DNA of 64,000 nucleotides, taken from contig NC_045696.1 of the NCBI RefSeq assembly GCF_009834535.1, positions 69,752,001 through 69,816,000 of the forward strand, written 5' to 3'. Position 1 is the stretch's first letter; each line of letters starts with the position of its first letter. Made by a program: the position numbers and the translations under genes. A model generated the notes under the pieces. It did no database searches. It saw nothing but the letters and a program-made list of their open reading frames with translations, and was not told the origin of the DNA. Shown here piece by piece: positions 11,621 through 23,600 of the stretch. The DNA comes from Camelus ferus. Its lineage: Eukaryota.

Positions 11621-14600
11621 TTGTTTTGAGACATTCAGACTCAGTGAGCCACGACTTGTGTTGGTACACTTTAAGTCTCCATTCCGAAATGTGGAGTTCG
11701 GTAAGGGTTGAATAAACTGCAGAAATAAGACAGTTCCCGAGCTTTGAAAGCATGATGTAAAATAAAGCTTGGTTGCAGGGCTGTGGGTATAAACAGGCAA
11801 AAATGTAAGGCTTGCCAGAATCTTCAATATTTGGGGGTTAAGGAGATTTGTTAGGAAAAGGGTAATAAAAAGCCCCATAGAATTTGATTTGATTTTTTTA
11901 ACTTGATAGGATTAAACTGCGTGTCTTTACCGTCTGTTACCTGTTATTTTCAGGTAAATCTTGAAATATTTTAGCAAACTTATAAAACGGATTTTAGGTG
12001 GTTCATTACAGGGGCATTATTAGAAACTTTTATCTTAACTCTTGGAATCTTAGTGAATTTACGGTGCAGCTTTGGAACCAAATCTGGTTGATTTTATTTG
12101 AACTAATCAGGCTCCGCTTTTACCTATTCAGATGAATGTTGGCTGTTTTTCCTTTCCGTAAGAATTGATCCACTATCACCAGTGTGTGGGATCGTTTAAG
12201 CTTTCTTAGGGTAAGAAAGCTTGGATCAAACTCACAAGTTATTAAAGTTGTGGCTTATGGTTTCTGCCAGTTGAATATACTGTTGAAACTAGGCATCGGT
12301 ATTTGGACTGGGAAACAAATGTTAATTTTTAAGGTCTAAAGTTACTAAAATTACTGTTGTTTTGAGAGCACAGAAGGGTCTCTGACTGGAGGACTCTCAA
12401 GTTGAATAAACCTGAGTTACTTGTGATGGTGTGCTTGTGAAGGTGAAAAATTGTCTAAAGGAAGTTATATTTTATTTAAAGGAGGAAACAATTCCAGGAA
12501 TTAGGTTCTTGATTGAGACAGGTCAAGAGACATTGTCCTCCAACTAATCAAATTTTTGAACTGGCATTTTCTATTAGGATATATATCCTAGTGTTTCTCA
12601 TATCCTGTTCCATAAAACGGATATTCACTAAATTCTTGTGAAAAGAAAGTTATAAATTAAAACTATGTGTTAAAAATTGGTATTTTTGTCTTAAATAAGA
12701 GTCTTGATTTCCTGGAAGAGATTTCTGGACTTTGAAGTTGTAGAATATCTCCACATAGTTTTGTTTGGTGTTTATTTTGTGTGTAGATTGCTTTCAAGTT
12801 GGTGTATTGGAACCTGAAGTGGTTAGAATAGCCCTAAAAAAAACAGGTTTGGACTCTCAAAAAATGCTTGCCAAAACCATAAAGCTCAATACTGCAGTTT
12901 AAATACAGTCCTATAAAAAAACACTAGGTACAACAGTTGGGTCTGATTGTTAAAAACTTTTGAAAGTGCCTAAAAACGGTAGGGGGAAACGTTGCATTCA
13001 GGATGATGATCTTGGACATGACCTGGTATGAATAGCTTCTCTGGAGCCTGAAAAATTACTTTCATTCCACTCTTAAGCTTTCAAACACTCCAAATTGTTA
13101 ATGTAGGTCACTAATACTTAGAGGTCTAATCAGTTAGTGTTAATGTCACTGACATCTTTTCAGTTCAGCTGGAATTCTCCACCCCCATCAGTAGCTCTGG
13201 AAATGTTTTTTCCCTCGCTCCTTTAGACTTTAGAAGTTGTCTTCCTAAAACAGATGGGAGTGGAGAGGGGAGTGGTACGAATGGGGAATAAATTATCCTC
13301 TGATTGTTCTTAGTGTACTTACTGTGAATATTGGCACTCAGAGATGCAGTTCTTTGTGTTCCCTTGTCTTTTAAATGTGCAGTGTATGCGTTCCTGAATT
13401 TTTGTTGTTCATTTCACACTGTTAGAATCTACATTTTACCTATATCGGATTTTCCTTGTCAGAGTTGATAGATTTAAATTGAAGATTTGTTCCTAATTAA
13501 AGCTGATTTCCCTGATACGGTCATACCCATGTAAAGTAAAATATTTTTAATTTCTAAATTAAAGTTTCTTCCAGTAGTTGCCCAAAATTGCCTCTCCTCT
13601 CCACCCCCAAGAGGTTGACTAGCACTTTTGGGAAAAGGGGACTTTCTTAGCTAGCAGTTATGTCATTTCACAATTTGGAAGAATAAGAACATGATAGAGT
13701 TCGTAGCTAGGTTTAGTGTTGCATGGTAATGTTGAGGGAGTGATAAATCTTACAGCCCAGTAACCGTCACAGTGTTTAGGGTATGGTGAGGTTTGAATGT
13801 TGGGTCTTGGCACCTTGTAATGTCCTATCCTCCTAATTTCTTTAGCTTCTACAAGTGGGTCTTTACCTAGAGAATCCAGAAACTAAGTAAGGAAATGCTT
13901 TTTAGACCACATCATTTTAACTTGTCACTATCAGTATTACAATAAACACTGATAGAATATTGCTTATTTTTTGTAGAAGTAATGTGTTTGCAATATAGGT
14001 ATATTATCTTTAGTCTTATTCTCTATGGAGATAAATAGCATCTGGATACCATTCCATCAAACTGCTTTTCAGATTCTGCAGTTTTTCTCTTCTGCTTAAT
14101 CTTGGGGTTTGTTTTTTTTTTTTCCCAGTTCTTTGTTTTTAGCTCTTAACTCTAAATTTGAATTTTCAAAACTGAAACTTCTCAGTCTGTTTCTTCCTAA
14201 AGGATTGTAGCCATTGCACCAAGTTTCTTTAAAGTATTGAATTAATTTTGGGTGGGAGGAAATAGTTCACATTGTTTTGTTTCACTGTGAGTCTGGTTAG
14301 GTACAAATCTTTTGAAACCAGGTGGAAGAATGTTTTTCTTGGTTTTAACTAAGACTTAAATATTGTGGATATGGTCTGGACCTAGAAGGTGGCATTTTGA
14401 AACTGAAATTACAAGTGATTACAAGGTAAGTACTACCAGCTTTGTCTGTCAAAGGTTGAACAGGAGTTCAGATAATGAGATGTGTTGAATGGAATTCACC
14501 TTATACAGCCATTCCCCCTTCTTAGCTCCAATAAAACCCAAAGCTTAAGGGATAAGTATTAATACTTCATAGTGCACATTTTGCCCAAGAGAAGGGTAGT

Positions 14601-17600
14601 GCTACAACTGTATATATCTTTTGAGCCTTAGTATTGTGTGTTATGTTGGTCAGTTTTTACACATAATTGTATTGTTTAAAAGATACAGTGATGAGGTGGT
14701 GATGTTTGGGAATTTCAGGTGTTTGATCCAATTTAGTATTTTGCGGTGTGGGTCATGGTAGAATTAGGTATTGTGACTTAGTCTTGTTTTTAAGCAGCCG
14801 TGGGGGAGGAGGTCTTTATAACAAACTAGAGTACAAATGCTCAAAAATCTTTGCTTTGAATTGGGTTTTGGAGGTTATTTTCTGAATTTTATCAGTAAGA
14901 TTGCTGAATGTAACAGCATGGATGAGGACCCCTTTTTGAATTGATTTTTGTGCTTAGAATAAAAGGTAGTCTTCTGGAAAAGTAGAACTGAACTTGCACT
15001 TTTGCTGGAAAGCACCAAATGTTTTATGAATGTAAATAGAGTCTACTGCTTCTGCAAGAGATTTTTTGAAAGATGGACTTAAGAGCTGGTTTAGGTATGT
15101 CAGATGATAGTTTTTTCAGAAAGTATTCTCAGTCTTTGAGGATTTTTTTTTAATCTAGCCAACCCTCTAGTAGAGTTTAGCTGCAGAAAAAATAAAATAG
15201 TTCTTAATGTTGATATGAGCATTGATCTTTATAACAGAATCAGTGAGTTTTTCTTTGGCCCCTCCCAGTTTTTAGAATATTACCTTGTCAATCAACCTGA
15301 GTTTGCCTATGTTTTTGATGTTATATGAATTCCAGTTGTAACCCCTGAAATCATTTTAACAAAAATTCTGTTTGTGATGGAACAATTTTAAGTAGGACCT
15401 CTTAACCATATGTCAATAATAACATTAGTTGTTGCTCTTCTGGTTTCATTAAGTGGCCACTTGAACTTAGATGCGTTTAAATGAACCTAATATTTACATT
15501 ATCTAGCAGCTTATTTTGTTCTTTGAATATAAAAGGAAGAAGGTTGGGAGAGGGTGATGAAATAACAGCAGGAAGGCATCCATATTGACAAGTTGTGATT
15601 TCTGGAGCTTTGGCCGCTATTCCAGTATCTTCTGCATCTAAGCCCTGTATCTGTATACAAATTTTAGGAGGCCTTAAGAGAAAACCTGCTTGGGCATTCT
15701 GATTCCACGATTACATTTGTGCTGCCAGTAAACGTATCCCATTACATTTTAGTGATGGATATTAAAAGAAAACCAATTAGTGTGACTCCCTTAAATAAAA
15801 AGGCTATTTAAATTTTTCCCTGCATTAAATACGCAATAATTGACTTTGAAAAACTAGGCTGAAAATTATCTTACCCTCTTAGAAAAGACATCACAGCATT
15901 TCACCAGAGCCATGCATGGTTGTCTTTGTGATCAGATAAGTAAGATTCTTTTTAAGAAAGTTTTATTTTCAGAAAGAAAATTAGAACTATGAGAAAACTG
16001 TTAACAGTGAAATGGAAGATCATATGGTGAAGTGCAGGAAGACTAGGATGTTTTATGAGGGCAGTATTTGTTTAGGGTGTTCAGTAGACACTATTGATCT
16101 GTTAAATGTTACTGAGTCTTTTTAATAATTTCAGTAGGTGAGCTATAATTTTTCTCCCAATATTGCCACCTTTAAAAGTAGGATTGCTCCTTTGAACTGC
16201 AGAAGATTTTAACAATATTCATTGGGGGGGGGTTACCAAAAATCTTTGAAAACACCATTGTTGGATTCAAGTTCGTTCTGCTTCCTTCATAGCTGCTTGC
16301 ATATAGTCGGTTGACTTGATTTTGTCTTTTTATGATTTTAGTTCTAAATTTAGTAGGTTGGATCATTGATAAAATCTCACTAGAGCAGCTTTCTAGGGGT
16401 GGGTTAAACACTATAGTCCAAATCTTCAGATTCCCTTACATTGTTTTTCTACAGAACTCTTTATGCAGTACAAAAATGTGGCATTAAATACATTCTTGAT
16501 CTTATCTAGATGAGTCACAATATGTTAAGCCTCTTCAACCCTGAGCCTTGTTATCATTGTGCAAATGAATTGTCCGTGCCTTCCTTTGTTGCACTTTTGT
16601 ATTAATATGTCACTTTTTGACTAGAGATGTGCTTTTGACACTTAGTATATTTTCTATTGATAAATACAATAAGAAGTGTGAAATGTAATCATAGCTCTTA
16701 AAGTGTTAGATGAACAGTAAATGTTCAGTCGTGCACTTCACATTCAGCTTAAGCATGATAAATCTACTTGGAGTAGACAAATGAGATTTGATTACTATAT
16801 ATATGAACCAACAGGAAACTAGTTTCAGTTTTTTGAGGTGCATATTCTAGTTTTTCTAAAAATCCAAAAACATCAAAAGGGATTTTTTTTTTTCTAGTTT
16901 CAGTTTTGGCACTGGATTTTATCCTGGAGTTTTAAAATATTCTTCATCCTGTTCTTTTTCTATTAAGGTTAATGTTGAAGAAGGAAAATGCGGAAGTCGT
17001 CATTTGACAAGTTTTATAAATGAGTATTTGAAGCTCAGGAATAAGTGAAGCTGAAATTTGAAAAAATAAAAGAAAGAATGCATGCTAATTATCAGACCAG
17101 AAGTCCCACTTGTAGAATATTGAGCAATTTGTGTGAAGTGGGGAAGATGAAAGAAGTCAGAATTTGAAACGGAAGAATGAAGAAAAGAAATAAAAATGAA
17201 GTTAAGATAAGAAGTAATCTGGAATCAGAAAGCACTACGCTAAGTAATTACTAGTCTGTTTATGTGTCCCTGTATATTTTGCTAAACATGCATGCATTAT
17301 TTGTTTAATAGAAGAAAATATATACAGGGTAAAGAAGTGCCTTCCAGGGGAAACGTTTAAATTAGGTAATTCTTATTTTAACTTCTTAGTCAAATGATTG
17401 AAATGCAACTTAAAATAATACTTTGTAGTCAAATAGGCAGGAATGAGCTCTCTAGTTTGGGTAACAGCTGACTTCATGTTGTCTCCTTTAGATTTTTCAT
17501 CTGTCTAGCTCTGCTAGTCCTGGGTCATGAGTGAGTACCTCTGGAGTTGGGGCTGGTGGTCTGTGCCACTACCCCACCCCCAGACTTTTAAAATGCACTG

Positions 17601-20600
17601 ACCCCTATCTTTCAGTACAGAGCAATATATGTTTGTCAGAGTTTTCCTAAAGAAGGATGTTTACAGAAGCAAACCCCCAAAATCCAAGCAAAGCATTCAA
17701 CAGGATAGTTCCTTTTGGCATTTATAAAAACACTAATTTTTTTTTCCTAGATGGCAATAGTGGAAAGCTATGACCACTTAGGCCCTACCTTTAAGATGCA
17801 TGTATGCTAAATTCACAAGCTGATTCTTAATTCTTTTCTGTTTAATGCATATATTCCAGCTGAATGACTAAGGTTACTGATAAAAAAATTATAGGGGCTT
17901 CCCTTAGAATGAGGTAGGTCACAAAAGTGAACAGAATATCTAACTCAAAAGTGGCAGTAATAGGTGCTTTATTCATAAATCAGCTTTATTCCCTTTTCTC
18001 ATTTTCTGCTATTAACACTTAACTGTTAAAATGATGTGAGAGGTGTAGATCATTAAGTAGCTATATCTAGTTCTTCACTCCCACCACTTACTGGGAAAAC
18101 AGACCCGAAAGTTCTTGTCGTTTCCCCTTCTGTGTGTTTTACTCTTGTTTTAGCTGAGTAGAGGAATCAAATGATTGGTGCAGTGTTGTTAGCCTCAGTT
18201 GGATGGGATGAGTATGTGTGTCAAAATAATACTCAGTAGTATTCTGCTCTGTTGAGAAAGCCAAGAATATCACTTCTCCTTGAAATGAAAACCTAAAAAG
18301 CTTTCCAAGAATTGTCAGACATAGAGCTCTTGGGGGGAAAAGTGACTTAAAAGACGTTCTAGAAGGATCCATTTTCTGAGACATTAGGGCCTATTGTTAG
18401 TGTAAAATTTGTGCTTAAAATTTTTTTCCTCTGTATCTTACAAGCAAGAAAATTACTCCCGTTTATAGGTGATGTAGTTTCCAGCATTTGCTTTGCCCCA
18501 ATTATTGCTTTCTAAAATTTGCCACATACAAACTCATAACATTAAATTAGATAATGTTAATTTTTCATTCAAAATTACTTACAATTTAGGTAGAAAGTTA
18601 AAGCAAAAGTGATATAAATACATGGATTCTTTTATCAGGAGACCTGAAAGTTCCTTGGGAACCAGAAGAGAAAATACTTGTTATACCTCAAAGGGAGAGA
18701 AGCAATTTGGAATTTGATTATATGGACCAAACTGGAAAGATGTAAAGCAAAAATAAACGTTGATGCTAGTGGAGCATCATCCATTCAGGTTTTCTCTCCA
18801 CCCAGCTTCCCCCACTGCCCTGGGCAAAGCATCTTTGATTCTGAGTGTGTCTCCTTTCACTCCCTGCCAGGAGGATAAGGTGGAAACAGGACTCTTGTGT
18901 TCAGGCAAGCTATAAGGTACATGTCCCAGGAGGGCTGATTAATGCCAAGGAGCAGGTAGGACAGAGAAGATGGCAGAAAACAAGTTTCCAGGGAAAATGC
19001 CTTTGCCAAGAAAAATTCAGATAGGAAGCATAATTAAACGTGTGGTAAGTTTAAAGAAAGGAAAAATGCCCAACTAACTCCAGACCTGCTGAAATAAGCT
19101 CTAGTTAGGGATCTCTTTTCAAATGCTAGATAGGATTACTGTATACCTGTAGGAGCCACTGTTCAAAATCTAGTTCACTTCATCCAGTTTTTAAAATACG
19201 AGAAACCTAGCGATTGGATGGTTTTCCCCACTTCTGGCATCTTTCAAAAGGTTTTTGTAAGATACTGCCATTCTCAGAACAGGGAGATACAGGTTGGTAT
19301 TTTGTTGGAAGGCTGAGTTTGTTTTTACCTGATGTGTTCCCTGTAGGTTGTATATAAGTATATGACTTAAGGTCCAATCTATAAGAACTTGATTCCCTGA
19401 ACCATTTATGGGGAATTTTTCCCTTTTCTGTTTTTCATGCTAACTTTAAGTTTATGACCCTTTTCCTTGAGGTATTGATGTTCAGGGTAGGGCTTCTTTT
19501 AGTAGGTTTTTAGTATGTTGACAGTTAATAGTTTTGTCGGCCCTGAGAGTAGACTTTGAATTCTCCTTGTGTGTAGGGGCTTTCTTAGCTGTTTTTACAG
19601 ATTTGACCATGGACTAAGGGCTAAGATTTAAAGTTAACTTTATGTTTTTATATTTGGCTAATAATTTTGGGTGTCTTTTCTTTTAGACAGGCTAAATATC
19701 CTTGCATATATTTCCAAACCAGCTAATGGCCAACATAATTACAAAAGGTTTTAACATTAAGACTCTCCCTGACAAAAAAAGGTAGGAAGTGGAGGCATTG
19801 TTTCTGTGTTAGCCTAATGTCAGTACAGAAGGGAAAGCCTTTGCATTCTGTTTTTTTCCTGATCTAAGAAAAGATTGCTCACAAAATGCATCTGCGTATA
19901 GCCAATTAGTTTTAGAGGTTGAGTGAAAAGTCTTAATATAATTTCATAAATACTATAACTTGGACCCTTGATCTGCTCGAATTTTCATGGGGAAACCTCA
20001 TTAAGGTTTATTCCTAGGCAAGAAGTACTTTCTCCTCTCTCTTGCTGGACAGGCTGATAAAGCATCTGAGCTTGGAAAAAGACTTTTCTATTAATGAAGC
20101 AAGAGGCTTAAAAGATGATCTTGATTTTCTACTCTCTCTGCCTTTTTCAGAACCCTAGACTGATTTCTATTAACTACAGTTACTGTATTGGTTATCTTTT
20201 AACTCTTACTGTAAGGCACCCATATTTTCTCCCTGCCAGAGTAAGTTGTTATCTCTGTTTTTCCATTAAAGGTTATAATCATTCTATGAAGTAATCTTTC
20301 TAGCATTGGAATAAACAAAGGCGTTTAGTAAGTAACTTTGGGGTCCCTATTTCTACTTTCTCTTCTAGATTAGCTTTTGTCTGTTGTAATGATGGCAGAA
20401 AATGTACCCCCCATTTTTGAGAACTTCTTTGTCCAAGGAGAGAAGGAGGTGAATTGTGCTTTTAAATGTTTGAGTGTTCAGAATATTTGCCAGAGAAAGC
20501 CAAGGGATTGTTAACTGGGGTCCCTAAAGCCATAGTGTATCTTTTAATTATTCCTTAATGTCCAAAGCAGCTGTTATTACCCTTAATAATGAGGAATGCC

Positions 20601-23600
20601 ATTTTTTTCTTGGAATCTCTTTACTAACTTACGGTGGAAAGGAGAGGAGGCTGTCACATTTCATGTCACTTCACAACATGTTTTATAATAACTTGGGAAT
20701 CTTACTGGAAAGTTTCTAGAGTTGTTTTAAGTGTAGAGACCAGAACTCACTTTGCCTGCTGAATTACTCTTCTGTGTTCTAAACTTCAAGCTTTAATTTG
20801 TCTTTTCTGTGTTGCATATGAATTTGATCCCTCAGCATCATAAGAAGGATCTTCCAAATTTTTTCCACTATGCTATAGGTCACAGAACATACTCTATAAA
20901 ATGGTCTGTGATTTAAAATAAGTTCATATCTTCTATCTTTTCAAGAATGGCCAGAGTATTCTGAAGGTCTACCACATAAGGAGGTCTCTTACGATAACTT
21001 TTATGCAGCTTCAACATTGATTCTTAACCCCAAGAGTGATTTATTGTAATGTGGATTCTTGAGTCTGGTTATTTCTGCTCTATCTTGGGCAGGAGGATTC
21101 ACTAAACTAATGCCTTTTAATTTGCCTGCATTGGATAACCTGAAATAAAGGTTGTCTTGCATGATATTACCTTGGTTAGCTATCAGACTGAGTGGATTCT
21201 CTTGTCTTTTCCACTATTTGTTCTGGTGCCTTGGCAGAATATTTCCATGGATCCAGTACTTACTGTATTTATGCTTTTCCCACTAATTAGTTAATTACAT
21301 GCCTTTTGGTCACTGATAAACTTGTCCTGTTTACCCATTTCTTTGCTAGTTCCTTTTAGAGGTCTTTTTTGTACTACCTGTCTACCAGCTAGCCCAGTGT
21401 TGATAGGGAAAGCTGTGGGTATACAGTATCTAGATTTTGGTTTTAACATACAGTTCCTGAACTTCCTCCCTTACTGAGCCTCCATTAAGAGCCCCTGATC
21501 TATTTTGGTTTTAATATATTTTTTATGTAACTTTTCTAACTGCTAATTTCCAGTTCCCTATCCATTTGCCCTGGCTCATCTCCACTTAGGAAGCTGTACA
21601 TCTTTGGCACCCTCTCAGTTCTTACCTCTGCAGTTGACTGCCTTTCTACTGTAGCTCCATCTGGTTGCTTTCAGATTCTTAGGGGCCTTCCACCATGGTT
21701 AGACAGACAGGGTCTTCAGGTCTAGTGTCCTCCAAGCTGGTCCTTGCTTTCCACTAGATTTCTACCTTTCTCTGAGACTTGAAAGATATCTTTGTCTTTT
21801 TTCCCCACTCAACAGTAAATAAGACTTGAAATTCTGTGGTCTTATGAAAAAGAATCAAAAGCATTTTAAATAAGTTTTATGAATTTTATAGAGTTTTTTA
21901 TTGCTGGTGACTTGATTGAAATAGGTATAAGGTACAGGTGTCATAGTTAATAAGGTTCTTTCTCACCCTAGTTTTTATGGAGTAACATTCCCAAAACAGT
22001 CCTTGGGCAGTTCCCTTAACTGTTTGGCTTTGTTTGGCACCCATTTCTGAAGAGAGTGGGGTCAGTTAACTCTTATCCCTGCTCCAAAAAAAGGGTGGAA
22101 GTTCAAGTTAATTGGCTTACGTCAATTGGAGCAGTGCAACTATTATACCAGGTATATTCAGTTCCTGCCCTTACCTGTGTTTTCTTATCTTGGAAGGGGA
22201 TTGCTTTCCCTCACCATTTATCTCACCACAGCTTATTTGTTTTTAAAATTGCCCAGAAAGTATACAAATTAAACTTTTGACATCTACGTGTAGGAATCCC
22301 GTTCTGCTTCCAGAAGTGGAAGTGCTCATGGATCTGGGAAATCTGCAAGGCATACCCCTGCAAGGTCTCGCTCCAAGGAAGATTCCAGGCGTTCCAGATC
22401 AAAGTCCAGGTCCAGATCTGAATCTAGGTAAGAAAGACTGTTGTGGGATTATCTTGTTACTCTTAGCTTTGAAATTGGTGTGTGCTTTGTAAACTAGGAA
22501 GATAGAGAGGTTAGATCATTTGTTGGCTTATTTAACAGTGGTAACTAGAAATGAACTTAATCTTAAGGTCTGGGAGACAAGATTGTGGTTAAGAGCCTGG
22601 GCTTTTGGTGTTAGGGTTCAAATCTTACCTCTATTTTTTTCTGGCTTGGGCAGATTACCTAACCTTTTTGAATCTTAGCTTCCTTATCTAAAAGGCAAGT
22701 TAGTAACAGTACCAGTTCTTCAGAATTGTTGTGAGGATTCACTCTGAGTTTAAGTAACTTAAACTACTTATTAGTGTATTGCAAATAGACTGCAGAATAC
22801 CGATTTTTCAGTAACTTCAATTCTTGATAAATAGGTATAGTCTAGTACGACATACATGTATATATAAAACAATGCCTTAACAGCGCACTTTTTTTTTTTT
22901 TTTATGTTTGTCAAGAGTAGGCTATACCTCCTGGTTTGCCCAGGTCAGCCCCAGTTTATGCCTATTGTCAGGCATAATTAACAGCACTCCCTTTCTCTCT
23001 CATAGTGTGTCCTCCCTGGTTTAGATGACAGTTCATATGATCATTGTAGTTAAAGAGCAACTGGTTGATTTTAATACTGCTGGAGAGAACTACTGTGATG
23101 GTGATTTTAAGCGAATGGTGGGGCATAATGCAAGAAACAAAAATAAAGGGTGGTATTCCGATGGGGAAAGGTGGGCACAGATCAAGCTAGTATGAAATGT
23201 TGCATGTTTTGTGATTTTCAAAAGATACTGAGTTTGTTAATTCATTCTCTTTATCTTAATTATTTTAAGAAATGTTGGAAGAGAGCTTTAGATAGCAGTG
23301 GTTTTGGAACTCTTCCTAGCAGAGTTGAAATGACTAGATACAGAAGAAAAGTCTTGATCCCACCTAATTGTTGGTATCATGTTAGTATATGCCTGGATTG
23401 TGTGTTCTGTCCTTTGGAGTTTTAAATCTAGAATAGAGTAGTAAAAGAATTGAAAGCTGTATCTTAACTGTCAGCTATCATAACCTTGAATCCTTTGTCT
23501 TTCAGGTCTAGATCCAGAAGAAGTTCTCGAAGGCATTATACAAGGTCACGATCTCGGTCCCGCTCCCATAGAAGATCCCGTAGCAGATCTTACAGTAGAG

